Shown here: positions 19,384-28,386 of the stretch, one piece after another | How the letters are laid out: each line of letters opens with the position of its first letter | How positions within the stretch are numbered: the stretch's first letter is position 1 | Assembly (NCBI GenBank): GCA_947501605.1 | Contig: CANMWZ010000018.1 | Location: 26,870 to 90,869, forward strand | Direction of reading: 5' to 3' | Source of the DNA: Planctomycetota bacterium | GTDB lineage: Bacteria; Planctomycetota; UBA1135; UBA2386 | Length of the DNA stretch: 64,000 nt | The notes under the pieces: generated by a model | Seen by the model: the letters and a program-made list of their open reading frames with translations, nothing else | What the model was told of the DNA's origin: nothing | The model's database searches: none | Program-made: the position numbers and the translations under genes

Positions 19384-21000
19384 TCAGTAGCGGACGCTGG
19401 CGCGCGCGTGCGGCCCAACAGCGCCCGTGACGTCGGCTGTTCCCCATGGGCGGGCGACGATCAGGTCGATGCCGAGGATCACCGAAACCAGGATCAGGGT
19501 CCTTGCGCGCGACCAGTTGGGAATCGTGGGAACGAGCGGTGCGAGCGCCGCAGACCAGAGCAAGGCAAGTGCTGGAATGCACAGCGCGCCAAGTCGCGCA
19601 TAGCCGAAGAACACGGTTGCGACCGCGAGTTTCGTCAGCAGCCAGAGCGCGAGAGCGGCCGCCGCTGGTTCGCGACGCAGGCGCCATGCGCCCGAAACCG
19701 CAAGCAGCAGCAACGAAGTGCGCCAGGCGACTGCGAACCAGTTGTCGGCGACGACGAGGTCCACAGGCTCGCGCGTGCCGCTGCGGCCGAGCGGCAGATT
19801 GGCGAGACCCAGGCCCGCGGTGGCGCCGCGCCACGCCTGCGCGATTTTGCGCGTGACGAGATCCAATGCGCCACCGGGGTGCCCGACGACCCAGTCGAGC
19901 CCGAGCCGGTAGCCGTCGTTCACGGCCCGCAAATGTGGTGGGTACGAGAGTTCGAGTTCTCGCGGCAGCACGTTCAGCAATCCCGCTGGATAGCGATCGA
20001 GTCCACCAGTGAGCGGCGGTCGGCGATCGAGTGGTCCGCGCGTGAAGCCGCCGTCGCTCTCGCTGCAGTTGGCGAGGAAGAAGTTGAGCGGGCCGTACAG
20101 CGCGATCAGCGGCGTGTGCAACGGCGCGGGCATGTAGCCGTAGGCCTCGGTGACGATGCGCAGGTCGCCTGGCGTCACGCGCGCGCCAGCACGGACCCGG
20201 ACGGTGTCGCCGACGAACGCCGCGGTCGAGAGTTGCGCAAATGGCGGTAGCGCGCGAACTGCTGCAAGGGCCTCGTCCGCCCAAGGCAACGAACCGGGCA
20301 ACGGCAGCCTCGGCGCGCTGCTGCCGATCTTGCCGCTGTTGAAGTCGGCGATCGTGCGATGCACATGCAGTTGCCAGGGCAGCAAGACGAGCACGAAGGT
20401 CGCGATCGCCACGCCGAGGTCGCGAGCGCGCGAGTTCTGCTTTTGCCACAGCAGCCATGCGATGCTGGCGACGAAGCAGAGCAGATGGTCGGCGCGGAAC
20501 AGGCATGCGACTGCGTGCAGCATGGCCCAGCGCACGGCCGCCGCTGGCGCCGCCCCGGTGCGCAACCGGTCGAAGTCGGCGAGCGTCAGGACGAACAAGA
20601 GCAGATACGGGATCTCGCCGTGCACGCCGTTGCCGAGGACGATCAAGGCGTTGCTGAGGGCGCAGATCCAACCCGCGGCGAGTGCAATCGGTGCCGCGAA
20701 GGTGCGTCGCAAAGCGAGGTAGAGCAGTGGCGCGACCAGCGCTCCGAGGGCGACCATCAAAGCGCGTGGCAACAGCGCATCCACGCCGCCGTCCCACGTT
20801 GCGCGCGCGAGCCAGCCCATCGCCGGTGGGCGAAACGGGAGCGCTGCTTCGAGGCCCGCGGTGCCGTTCGCGAACTGTTGCCAGTATGGCGCGTCCCCCT
20901 GGTACGAGGCTTCGAACGGCGCGCTCCGCTGCGGTGACGCAAGCCAGTGCACTGCACGCACAGTCAGGCTGGCGGAGAACAACGCAACGGCGTGACGCAT
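19384..21000 (-). CDS. Polytopic membrane glycosyltransferase (GT-C, PMT/ArnT-like)
   Basis: First TM followed by GD-x-x-Y-W, PFRPP, multiple TM helices, E-x-P-Y, LFRAD, FGYAR patterns typical of GT39/ArnT-like proteins. Confidence 0.65.
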   Translation of the reverse strand: MRHAVALFSASLTVRAVHWLASPQRSAPFEASYQGDAPYWQQFANGTAGLEAALPFRPPAMGWLARATWDGGVDALLPRALMVALGALVAPLLYLALRRTFAAPIALAAGWICALSNALIVLGNGVHGEIPYLLLFVLTLADFDRLRTGAAPAAAVRWAMLHAVACLFRADHLLCFVASIAWLLWQKQNSRARDLGVAIATFVLVLLPWQLHVHRTIADFNSGKIGSSAPRLPLPGSLPWADEALAAVRALPPFAQLSTAAFVGDTVRVRAGARVTPGDLRIVTEAYGYMPAPLHTPLIALYGPLNFFLANCSESDGGFTRGPLDRRPPLTGGLDRYPAGLLNVLPRELELSYPPHLRAVNDGYRLGLDWVVGHPGGALDLVTRKIAQAWRGATAGLGLANLPLGRSGTREPVDLVVADNWFAVAWRTSLLLLAVSGAWRLRREPAAAALALWLLTKLAVATVFFGYARLGALCIPALALLWSAALAPLVPTIPNWSRARTLILVSVILGIDLIVARPWGTADVTGAVGPHARASVRY

Positions 21001-21026
21001 GCAGTGGGGGTGCGGTCTTGAAACGA

Positions 21027-21055
21027 ACCGGGGCGCGGTTGTACCGCGCCCCGGT
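21027..21055 (-). terminator. Intrinsic terminator of the metallopeptidase gene
   Basis: ACCGGGGCGCGGT-TGT-ACCGCGCCCCGGT perfect 13-bp stem then TCGTTTC. Confidence 0.6.
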
Positions 21056-21109
21056 CGTCGCGTCAGCGGTGCGCGCAGCAGCCACTTGGCCGCTGCACCG
21101 CGCGCTGCA

Positions 21110-24100
21110 TCACGGAACGAACAGACTCTTGTGCTGGTTCGACAGCGTGAAGCTGCCGTCCGGCTCGAACACCAACACCTGCGTGTAGAGCAGGATGCCC
21201 TGCGCGGGCATGCCCGGGAACGACGGGAAGTTCAGGCTGTAGAGCCCGGTCGGACCTGAGAAGTCAGTGAAGAAATCGAGCGTGCCACCGACCGAGGCGG
21301 TCGGGAAACCAGGAGCGCTCGTCGGGCCGCCAGTGTCACCGAGCACCAGCACGAACAACTTCGCGGCACCGTTGGTGGTGATTGCGATGTTGACGTTCTG
21401 GCTGGCGCTGGACTGTTCCGGCGTCATCTGCAGAGTGGCCGCGAGCGGCGGCACGGTACGCGTGCCGAGTTCGAGGTCGTCGATCGTCCAGCCGCCGAGT
21501 TGCAGACCGCCGTCCGTGATCAGGCGGAACTCGACCTGCACCGATGGATTGTTGTCTGCCATCGGCAGCGCGTACTCGAAGGTCTGCCACGACGTGTCGA
21601 TCAAGTTGCCGGTGGTCGGGTTCTGCCAGACGAGCACCCCGTTCACGTTGATCTGGGCCTGATCGAAGACGGCTTCTTCGACCGTGAGCCAGCGCTTGAA
21701 GCGCAGCACGACGCCCGAGCGGCCGGTGCAGTCGATGATCGGTGACCGCACGAACTCGTTGATGCTCGCCGGGTAGGCACCATTGGCCGTGCCGGTGCCG
21801 AGGTCGGTCGCCACCGCGCGCGTGCCGGTCGGAGCGCCGAGCGGATCGGCCCAGGCGATGCCGAGCGAAGTGCCCAACTTGCCGTTTGGCGCGCCGAACT
21901 GCCAGTCGACCGTGCCGGTCGTGCTGGAGCGGCCAGTGGTCCAACCCGCGGGTGTGCCAGCACCTTCGAAGCCCTGCGAGAAGAACTGGACGTAGGTGCC
22001 ACCGAGGCTGCCGCTCACCGTGTAGGTGAGTTCGCCGGTCAGCGGGAAGCGACCTGTTCCAGTCGTGCTCGTGGCTTCGACGTGGTAGCTGATCTGGCCC
22101 GAGGACAGGCCCGGCAGCATCGAGCGGTAACCCGTCAAGGTGCCGTCCGTCACCATGTTGCGCGTCTGCGTGGGCCCACCGGCGGCCGAGTAGACAAGGC
22201 GCATCTGCGTGATCGCGCCGAGGTCGTTGGCGATGCCCTGGGCGCTGACGAGGCGCGAGTTGTAGCGGTCGCCCGTGTTCGTCAGTGCCGTGTGTACGAC
22301 GGTCACTGGCTGGAACGTGGGGAACGGGATCGCCTTGATGTTGGCCGCGGCGCTGAGTTCGGTGTAGTGCGGGACGCCGTTGAACAGGTTGCCGTCGTCG
22401 TCATCCGCGATGAACACTTCACGCACGGCGTCGACGCGCGTCTGCGCGTTGGCGACCAACGTGCCGATGACGATGTCGTTCGTCAGTGCGATTGCTGCAG
22501 GGCTGCCAAGGCTCGTGCGCAGTTGCTGACGCAGTTGCCAGGCAAAGCCCATCCACACCTGTCCCGCTGTGTGCGGCGAAGTGCCGGAGGCCGGCCACAG
22601 CAGCGTGTTGTTGCCACTGCGCAGCGCGACGTTCGCGGTCTGGAAGCCACTGCCGAGCGACGGGCTGTCGACGAGGTAGAGGCCGACGACGTCGCCCCAG
22701 CCTTCGCTCAAGCCTTCGGCGTTCGAGTTGAAGATGCCACCGTAGCGCTCGTCGATGCCGTGGCCCCATTCGTGGGCGATGACCGTCGAGAATGCCGTGT
22801 TCGCGCAACCGCCGCCCTGGGCGTAGAAGTTGATCGTGTTGCCCGTGTAGTAGGCATTGCACGTCGACGCGATGTTGACCGTCGGCGTGATGCCGCTTGC
22901 GGTCGCGAGTTGCGCCGAGTTGCCGAGGATCGAGCGGCAGAACTCGTTGGTCCGGTCGATCCAGTAGCTGGTCGTGACGTCCGAGGCCTGTTCGGGCGTG
23001 TCCGTCGAGGCGCCCAGCTGGACCGTGTTCGGCACGCCTGGCGTGATCGTGAAGGTGCCGCCAGTCGACTGGCCCCCGATCAGCGTGGCGTGGTGGCGAC
23101 CGTCGAGCGCGCCGATCGTGATGTTGACCGGTACTGCGATGTCGACCGTGAACTGGCCGTTGTTGTCCGTCGTCACGTTGCCGATGCCCGGAACGTTGAC
23201 CACGAGGCCGGGGATTCCGGCGTTGCTCAGCGCGCTGAAGGCGTCGTTGCCGGTGCGGGTCCACTGCTGGACCGTCACCGTCGTCTGGACGAGGGCGCTG
23301 CCGTCCTTGCCCTTGATCGAGGCCGCGAGGCGAGCCGTCTCGGAAAGGCTGCAATTGGCCATGCCGCACTCGTGCTTGTCGGTGCGGAAATGGAGGACGT
23401 TGCCGTTCTTGGCGTCGATGTAGTAGCGGCCGATCGGGCCGAGGCCTTCGGCGTCGACGTTGCTGACCGGGACTTCCCAGGCCAGGTAGATCGGTGCCGC
23501 GTCCTGAGCTTCCACGTCGCCCCAGATGACGAGCCGCAGTTCGCGCGGCTTGCCGGGCTGGGTGACGCCGGTCGGCTGCTGGCCGAGGGCCATCCAGGCA
23601 CGCGCAGTCGCCTCGGCTTCTGCGATCGTCGGCATGACGTCGAAGTTGGCGGGGACTTGCCAAGCGGTGCTGCCGATCATGGCGAGCACGCCCTTCATGT
23701 TGATGCGGACGTCGGCGCGCCCGTCGATGCAGGGCAGACTGCGGAAGTACTGGTCAAAGGTGAACGACCAAGTGCGACCCATGCGCGCACCGATGCTCTC
23801 GCGAAACTCGGAGACGCCGAGGCCGAGAAGGTCACCGTGCTCGCCAAGGGCGAGGTTGGCGTGGCGGCGGGCCTCTTCGATCGAGTTGCCGCGCCAACCG
23901 GCGAGCGTGGCGCCGGAGCCGTAGATGGCGCGTGGGGTGTTGGTTGCAACTGTCCATTGCGCCAGCCATTGGCCGCCGAGCCGTTCGCTCAGTGCTGGGA
24001 AAGGCATGGGCTGGAAGTTCTTCGAAAGGGGCACCTGCTTGGTGTCCTGTGCCATGGCGAAGGACGCCAAGATCAGACTGAGAAGCGGCGTGAAACGCAT
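21110..24100 (-). CDS. Secreted M4/M36-type zinc metallopeptidase with propeptide, beta-sandwich domains and conserved C-terminal domain
   Basis: Signal peptide MRFTPLLSLILASFAMAQ; CNAYY, VIAHEWGH and LSEGWGD gluzincin motifs. Confidence 0.85.
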   Translation of the reverse strand: MRFTPLLSLILASFAMAQDTKQVPLSKNFQPMPFPALSERLGGQWLAQWTVATNTPRAIYGSGATLAGWRGNSIEEARRHANLALGEHGDLLGLGVSEFRESIGARMGRTWSFTFDQYFRSLPCIDGRADVRINMKGVLAMIGSTAWQVPANFDVMPTIAEAEATARAWMALGQQPTGVTQPGKPRELRLVIWGDVEAQDAAPIYLAWEVPVSNVDAEGLGPIGRYYIDAKNGNVLHFRTDKHECGMANCSLSETARLAASIKGKDGSALVQTTVTVQQWTRTGNDAFSALSNAGIPGLVVNVPGIGNVTTDNNGQFTVDIAVPVNITIGALDGRHHATLIGGQSTGGTFTITPGVPNTVQLGASTDTPEQASDVTTSYWIDRTNEFCRSILGNSAQLATASGITPTVNIASTCNAYYTGNTINFYAQGGGCANTAFSTVIAHEWGHGIDERYGGIFNSNAEGLSEGWGDVVGLYLVDSPSLGSGFQTANVALRSGNNTLLWPASGTSPHTAGQVWMGFAWQLRQQLRTSLGSPAAIALTNDIVIGTLVANAQTRVDAVREVFIADDDDGNLFNGVPHYTELSAAANIKAIPFPTFQPVTVVHTALTNTGDRYNSRLVSAQGIANDLGAITQMRLVYSAAGGPTQTRNMVTDGTLTGYRSMLPGLSSGQISYHVEATSTTGTGRFPLTGELTYTVSGSLGGTYVQFFSQGFEGAGTPAGWTTGRSSTTGTVDWQFGAPNGKLGTSLGIAWADPLGAPTGTRAVATDLGTGTANGAYPASINEFVRSPIIDCTGRSGVVLRFKRWLTVEEAVFDQAQINVNGVLVWQNPTTGNLIDTSWQTFEYALPMADNNPSVQVEFRLITDGGLQLGGWTIDDLELGTRTVPPLAATLQMTPEQSSASQNVNIAITTNGAAKLFVLVLGDTGGPTSAPGFPTASVGGTLDFFTDFSGPTGLYSLNFPSFPGMPAQGILLYTQVLVFEPDGSFTLSNQHKSLFVP

Positions 24101-24381
24101 TCTTTGGAACCTGGTGGTGGGAGAGACCCGGCGATGCCGGGCTTGACTGCTCCAGTCCAAAGGGCAGGGTGTGGACCAGATCCGGGCAGGGAGAGGATTA
24201 GTCTGGTGGGTTTTCCTAGGTTGTCAAGTTGGGGCAGTTTCTTGGAGTTGCGCGCAGCAGTGGCGAGCCGCTTCGATCGCTGGCATCGGGAGCAAGGTCA
24301 TGCCCGACAATCGGCGCGCTGTGCGGTTGCGGCGCACGGGATAGGCTTCTGCGCCCCACGCCCCGTTGCGCCTCCATCCTG

Positions 24382-25716
24382 ATGACCACCAACCAAGCCC
24401 TCGGGCAGCCTCCGGATCCGGCGAGCAACGCTGGTTTTGGGTCAGTGCTCGGCGTGCGTCTGTGGTTGGAGGAAGCTGGGCTCGCGGCCGCGGCGGGCAT
24501 CGTCGCCTACCTGCTGTCGTGTCTGATTGAGCCGGCGCGATCCGTTCCGCACGGCTTCGGCATCCAGTGGGCAACGATGTCGGAGGCGCCGTTCGAGTTC
24601 ACCGGCCAGCTGCCGCATCGGCTGCTGACCCCGCTGCTCGCGCATCTCGTCGGCTTGCAGGGCACGAGCTACACCGACTTCACCCGCCTCTCCGGGGCGG
24701 CGATGCTGGCGCTGGTCTTCTTCGTTGCCCGCCGGCGAGGGGCGCTGCGGATCGACGCGTGGTTGATCACGCTGGCGATTGCGGCCACCGGCGCGATCCA
24801 GATCTACAAGCGCGGGATGATCGGCTACTGCGACAACGTCGGCTTCTCGTTGTTCCTGCTCGCCTGGTTGTTCCGCGGTCATGGCCTCGTGTTCTGGCCG
24901 CTCTACTTTCTCAATCTCGTCAATCACGACATGGCAGCGTTCTTCCTGCCGTGGATGTGGTTTCTGCGGCGCGAGGCCGGCGCCTTGCGCCGGTACGACG
25001 CGATCGGCGCTGGGCTCGTGCTGTTCGGCTACTACCTGTTCCGGCTCTACGTTTCGCAGCACGCAGCGAGTTGGGAGTACGACGAGGGATACTTCCTGGC
25101 GAACTGCTTCTTGCCCTTCAATTTCATCTGGCTGTGGTACTTGGCTGCATGTCACTTGATGCTGCAGTTCGGCCCGATGCTGACGGTCGTGTTGTGGCAT
25201 GCGTGGTGGCCGCGACCTGCGCACGAACGGATGCACACAGGTCTGATCTTGCTCGGCATGGGCGCGGTGTTCGGCTTCGCCTACGACGTGCATCGCCACG
25301 GCAACCTGATCTTCCTGCCGCTGCTGTTCGCCTCGACACGCTTCCTCGTCGACGCGCGGAGTCGAGCGTTCTACTGCGGCCTGATCGCGCTCCAGATCCT
25401 CTGCTATCGCACCTACTCGTGGCGGCCGGCATCGGAAGACCCGTGGGCCTTCCAGTCACCGGGGTGGATGTTCGATCAGATCACCGGCGTCATGGTGTTT
25501 CAGAACGGCGGCCACCGCATCATTCAGCCGGAGCATCGGTTTGACTTGTCGGTCCACTGGGACCTGCTGACGCAGTCGTTGCCGATGCTGGCGCGCGAGA
25601 TGATCGGCTTCGCGTACGGCGCGCTCCTGGTCGTGGCGCTCAGTCGCTGGTTTGTGCGCGCCAACATCGGCGGTCCACGGTGGCGCGCGCTGCCCCGCCG
25701 CCATGCAAACGGGTGA
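24382..25716 (+). CDS. Polytopic membrane protein (possibly GT-C-like)
   Basis: About 10 hydrophobic helices; LPHRLLTPLLAHL loop, D and NHD motifs; start uncertain. Confidence 0.6.
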   Translation: MTTNQALGQPPDPASNAGFGSVLGVRLWLEEAGLAAAAGIVAYLLSCLIEPARSVPHGFGIQWATMSEAPFEFTGQLPHRLLTPLLAHLVGLQGTSYTDFTRLSGAAMLALVFFVARRRGALRIDAWLITLAIAATGAIQIYKRGMIGYCDNVGFSLFLLAWLFRGHGLVFWPLYFLNLVNHDMAAFFLPWMWFLRREAGALRRYDAIGAGLVLFGYYLFRLYVSQHAASWEYDEGYFLANCFLPFNFIWLWYLAACHLMLQFGPMLTVVLWHAWWPRPAHERMHTGLILLGMGAVFGFAYDVHRHGNLIFLPLLFASTRFLVDARSRAFYCGLIALQILCYRTYSWRPASEDPWAFQSPGWMFDQITGVMVFQNGGHRIIQPEHRFDLSVHWDLLTQSLPMLAREMIGFAYGALLVVALSRWFVRANIGGPRWRALPRRHANG

Positions 25717-25728
25717 CGGCGAAGCCGG

Positions 25729-27207
25729 TCAGGGTTGCCAGCGCGGCGCTAGCAGTCGGCGCTTGCCGTCGCGCGAACGCGAGACATCCTCGTCGCTGAA
25801 CTGGCGGTCCCAGAGCTGACACGTCACTTCCTTGTGCTTCTGGTCGAGACCTTCGCAGTAGTTCGTGAACTTGCAGCGGCGCACTTCGTTGCCGCGCCCG
25901 AGTTCTGTCTTGCGGAACCAGTCTGGGTCGGCGAGCGATTGCCGCGCGCTGGCGACGATGTCGGCGTCGCCGTTCGCCAGGATGGCCTCGGCCTGTTCGA
26001 ACGACGCGATGCCGCCCGCCGCGACGATCGGCGTCGAGAAGCCAGCCTCGCGCACCGCGCGGCGGACCGCGCTCGCGAACGGCACGTTGCGCGAGAATGG
26101 CCCGCGTTCGTCGCTGCGCACTGTCGGCATGCACTCGTGGCCCGAGGGACCGGTGTACGGATACGCAGCTTCGCCGATGTTCGGCTGCTTGGCGTCGTCG
26201 AACTTGCCGCCGCGGCTGATCGACAAGAAGTCGAAGCCCGCCTTGGCGAACGCCACGCCGTGGTGCGCGGCGTCGGCGACGGTGCTGCCGCCAGCGATCA
26301 CCTCGTCGCCGAGAAATCGCACGCCGGTGCAGAAGTCGCGGCCGACTGCCGTCCGCACCGCGGCGAAGACTTCGAGTGGGAGTCGCTGCCGGCCTTCGAT
26401 CGAGCCGCCATAACCGTCGCTGCGCACGTTGGTCCGCGACAGCAACGAGGCCATCGTATAGGCGTGCGCGAAATGCAGCTCGACGCCGTCGAAGCCGGCC
26501 GTGCGGGCGCGCATGGCGGCGGCGGCGAACAGCGGTGGTAGGGTCTGCGGCAAGTCGCGCACATGTGCGAGGTGCAGGTCATCGACCTGTTCGCGTTGGC
26601 CGAAGTCGAGGTCGCGAAGTTCGCGCTCCGTGAGTGCTGCGCGCTGTGCCGCTGTTGGCATTGCTGCCAGCGTGGCGCGAACCGCGGCATCGTCCGGCAG
26701 CGGCGAGCCTGCGTGCGCCGCGGCGGCCACGCGATGGCGATCCGTGAGTTGCAGGAATCGTGCGAGGAACTTCTCCGGCTCGGGGCGTCGCCTTATCGAC
26801 AGGAAGTCGAGGATCTGCACGAAGAGCCGTGTGCGGCCGCTGCTCCGCTCGCGCACGAGGCGCACGAGTTCGCGAAGGCCATCGAGAAATCGATCGTGGC
26901 CGATGCGCAGCAATGGCCCGCTCGGCACATCGCGGATGCCAGTCGCTTCGACGACGAGCACGCCAGGCTGGCCGTCGGCAAAGCGGCCATACCAGTCGAG
27001 CACGTTTTGCGTGACGAACCCATCCTCGCTCGCCCGCCACGGCACCATTGCCGGGACCCACGTGCGCGTGCGTGCCGTGACCGGACCGAGCTGCACTGGC
27101 GAGAACCAGCGCGATGCAGCGGCTTGCTCCGCTGTCGGCCACTGCGCGTCCGGTAGTTGGTGCCAGACGACTCTGCTGCGTGCGTTCGGATCCGAAGGGG
27201 CGCTCAC
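25729..27207 (-). CDS. NADH:flavin oxidoreductase (Old Yellow Enzyme family)
   Basis: GFDGVELHFAHAY, NVRSDGYGGS, ARQSLADPDW; C-terminal CKFTNYC...C cysteine cluster. Confidence 0.9.
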   Translation of the reverse strand: MSAPSDPNARSRVVWHQLPDAQWPTAEQAAASRWFSPVQLGPVTARTRTWVPAMVPWRASEDGFVTQNVLDWYGRFADGQPGVLVVEATGIRDVPSGPLLRIGHDRFLDGLRELVRLVRERSSGRTRLFVQILDFLSIRRRPEPEKFLARFLQLTDRHRVAAAAHAGSPLPDDAAVRATLAAMPTAAQRAALTERELRDLDFGQREQVDDLHLAHVRDLPQTLPPLFAAAAMRARTAGFDGVELHFAHAYTMASLLSRTNVRSDGYGGSIEGRQRLPLEVFAAVRTAVGRDFCTGVRFLGDEVIAGGSTVADAAHHGVAFAKAGFDFLSISRGGKFDDAKQPNIGEAAYPYTGPSGHECMPTVRSDERGPFSRNVPFASAVRRAVREAGFSTPIVAAGGIASFEQAEAILANGDADIVASARQSLADPDWFRKTELGRGNEVRRCKFTNYCEGLDQKHKEVTCQLWDRQFSDEDVSRSRDGKRRLLAPRWQP

Positions 27208-27220
27208 GAGGCGCGACAGC

Positions 27221-28309
27221 CTACTTGTCGGTGCTCGGCACTGCTGCCGTCCATTGCGCGAACGCCATCCCGTCCGGTCCTTTGCCGCCGGGGATGCGGT
27301 CCGTGACGGTGAAGGTCTTCAGGTCGATCACTGCGAGGAACTCACCGCGCTGGCACGCAATCCAGGCAAACGCCCCGTCGGGCTGCACGCAGATGCCGAT
27401 CGGCACGGGACTGAGTTCGGTGTTGTCCGCGAGTAGATCGACCGTGTGGGCGAGAGTCTTGGTTGCGGCGTCAAACACCTGCACACAACCGGCCTCGGCG
27501 CACGACACCAGCGCGTGCGCTCCGTCGGCCGTGAAGGCGACACGGATTGGGAACGACGCGGTCTCGAGTGTGGTGGTCACGGCCCGCTTCTGTGCATCGA
27601 CGACGCTGATGGTGTTGGCACTGCGGTTGCCGACCCAGATCGAGCCGTCGCGAGGCGAGATCGCCAGACCTTCGGCGCCGTCGCCGGTCGGCAGCACGCT
27701 GGCGGTCTCGGCGCTGCCATCGACTGCAAACCAGCCGAGTGAACCGTCCTGGATGCTGGTGCCGTAGGCCGTTCTGCCGTCAGGCGAGAGGTCGACCATG
27801 TGGAGTGTTGGCTGCGCGGTCTTCAGTGACCGAACGACCTTCTGGGTTTCGAGATCGACGACGAGCAGTCGGCGCAGCATCTCGCTGGTGACGACCACGT
27901 GGCGTCCATCGGGCAGGAAACGCAGGCCGTGCGGGCGCAGAAAGGTGCGCTGTTTGACTTTGCCATCGACCGTCTCTGCGTCGCTCAGTCCGATCGTGGC
28001 GAGGACGCGCGCATTCGGGATGTCGATCACGGTCAGCGTGCTACCAGGGCGCTGGTCGCCGTAGTCGCTCACCACCGCGGTGCGGCCGTTGGGTGCCACT
28101 GCAACTTCGTGCGGGCCGTTGCCAACCGGCACGGTGGCGACCAGCGTGCGGGTGGTTGGGTCGAACAACTGCGCGCGCGCGGCGGACTTCTCCAGCACGA
28201 TGAGGCGGGATCCGCCTCCGGGTGCTCTCGTGTCGGTGTTCGGCTCCTGAGCAGTGGCACACAGAAGCAGGCCGGGCGAGAGCAAGAAGACGAACAAGAC
28301 TGGAAGCAT
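27221..28309 (-). CDS. Secreted YncE/YVTN beta-propeller protein
   Basis: Signal peptide; repeats VGNGPHEVAVAPNG, PHGLRFLPDG, GAEGLAISP, GKGPDGMAF. Confidence 0.85.
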   Translation of the reverse strand: MLPVLFVFLLSPGLLLCATAQEPNTDTRAPGGGSRLIVLEKSAARAQLFDPTTRTLVATVPVGNGPHEVAVAPNGRTAVVSDYGDQRPGSTLTVIDIPNARVLATIGLSDAETVDGKVKQRTFLRPHGLRFLPDGRHVVVTSEMLRRLLVVDLETQKVVRSLKTAQPTLHMVDLSPDGRTAYGTSIQDGSLGWFAVDGSAETASVLPTGDGAEGLAISPRDGSIWVGNRSANTISVVDAQKRAVTTTLETASFPIRVAFTADGAHALVSCAEAGCVQVFDAATKTLAHTVDLLADNTELSPVPIGICVQPDGAFAWIACQRGEFLAVIDLKTFTVTDRIPGGKGPDGMAFAQWTAAVPSTDK

Positions 28310-28386
28310 GGAGTTCAAAGCGACGGGCGCGGCTTGCACAATGCAGCGCGCCTTCGCTCCTCTACCTACGCGCGTCCCCTGCTCTC

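Noticed and set aside
17489..21085. 1198-aa ORF
   Set aside because: The N-terminal ~610 aa is an Arg-rich off-frame read of the glycosyltransferase gene; the real protein starts at 19243 with a signal peptide like its paralogs
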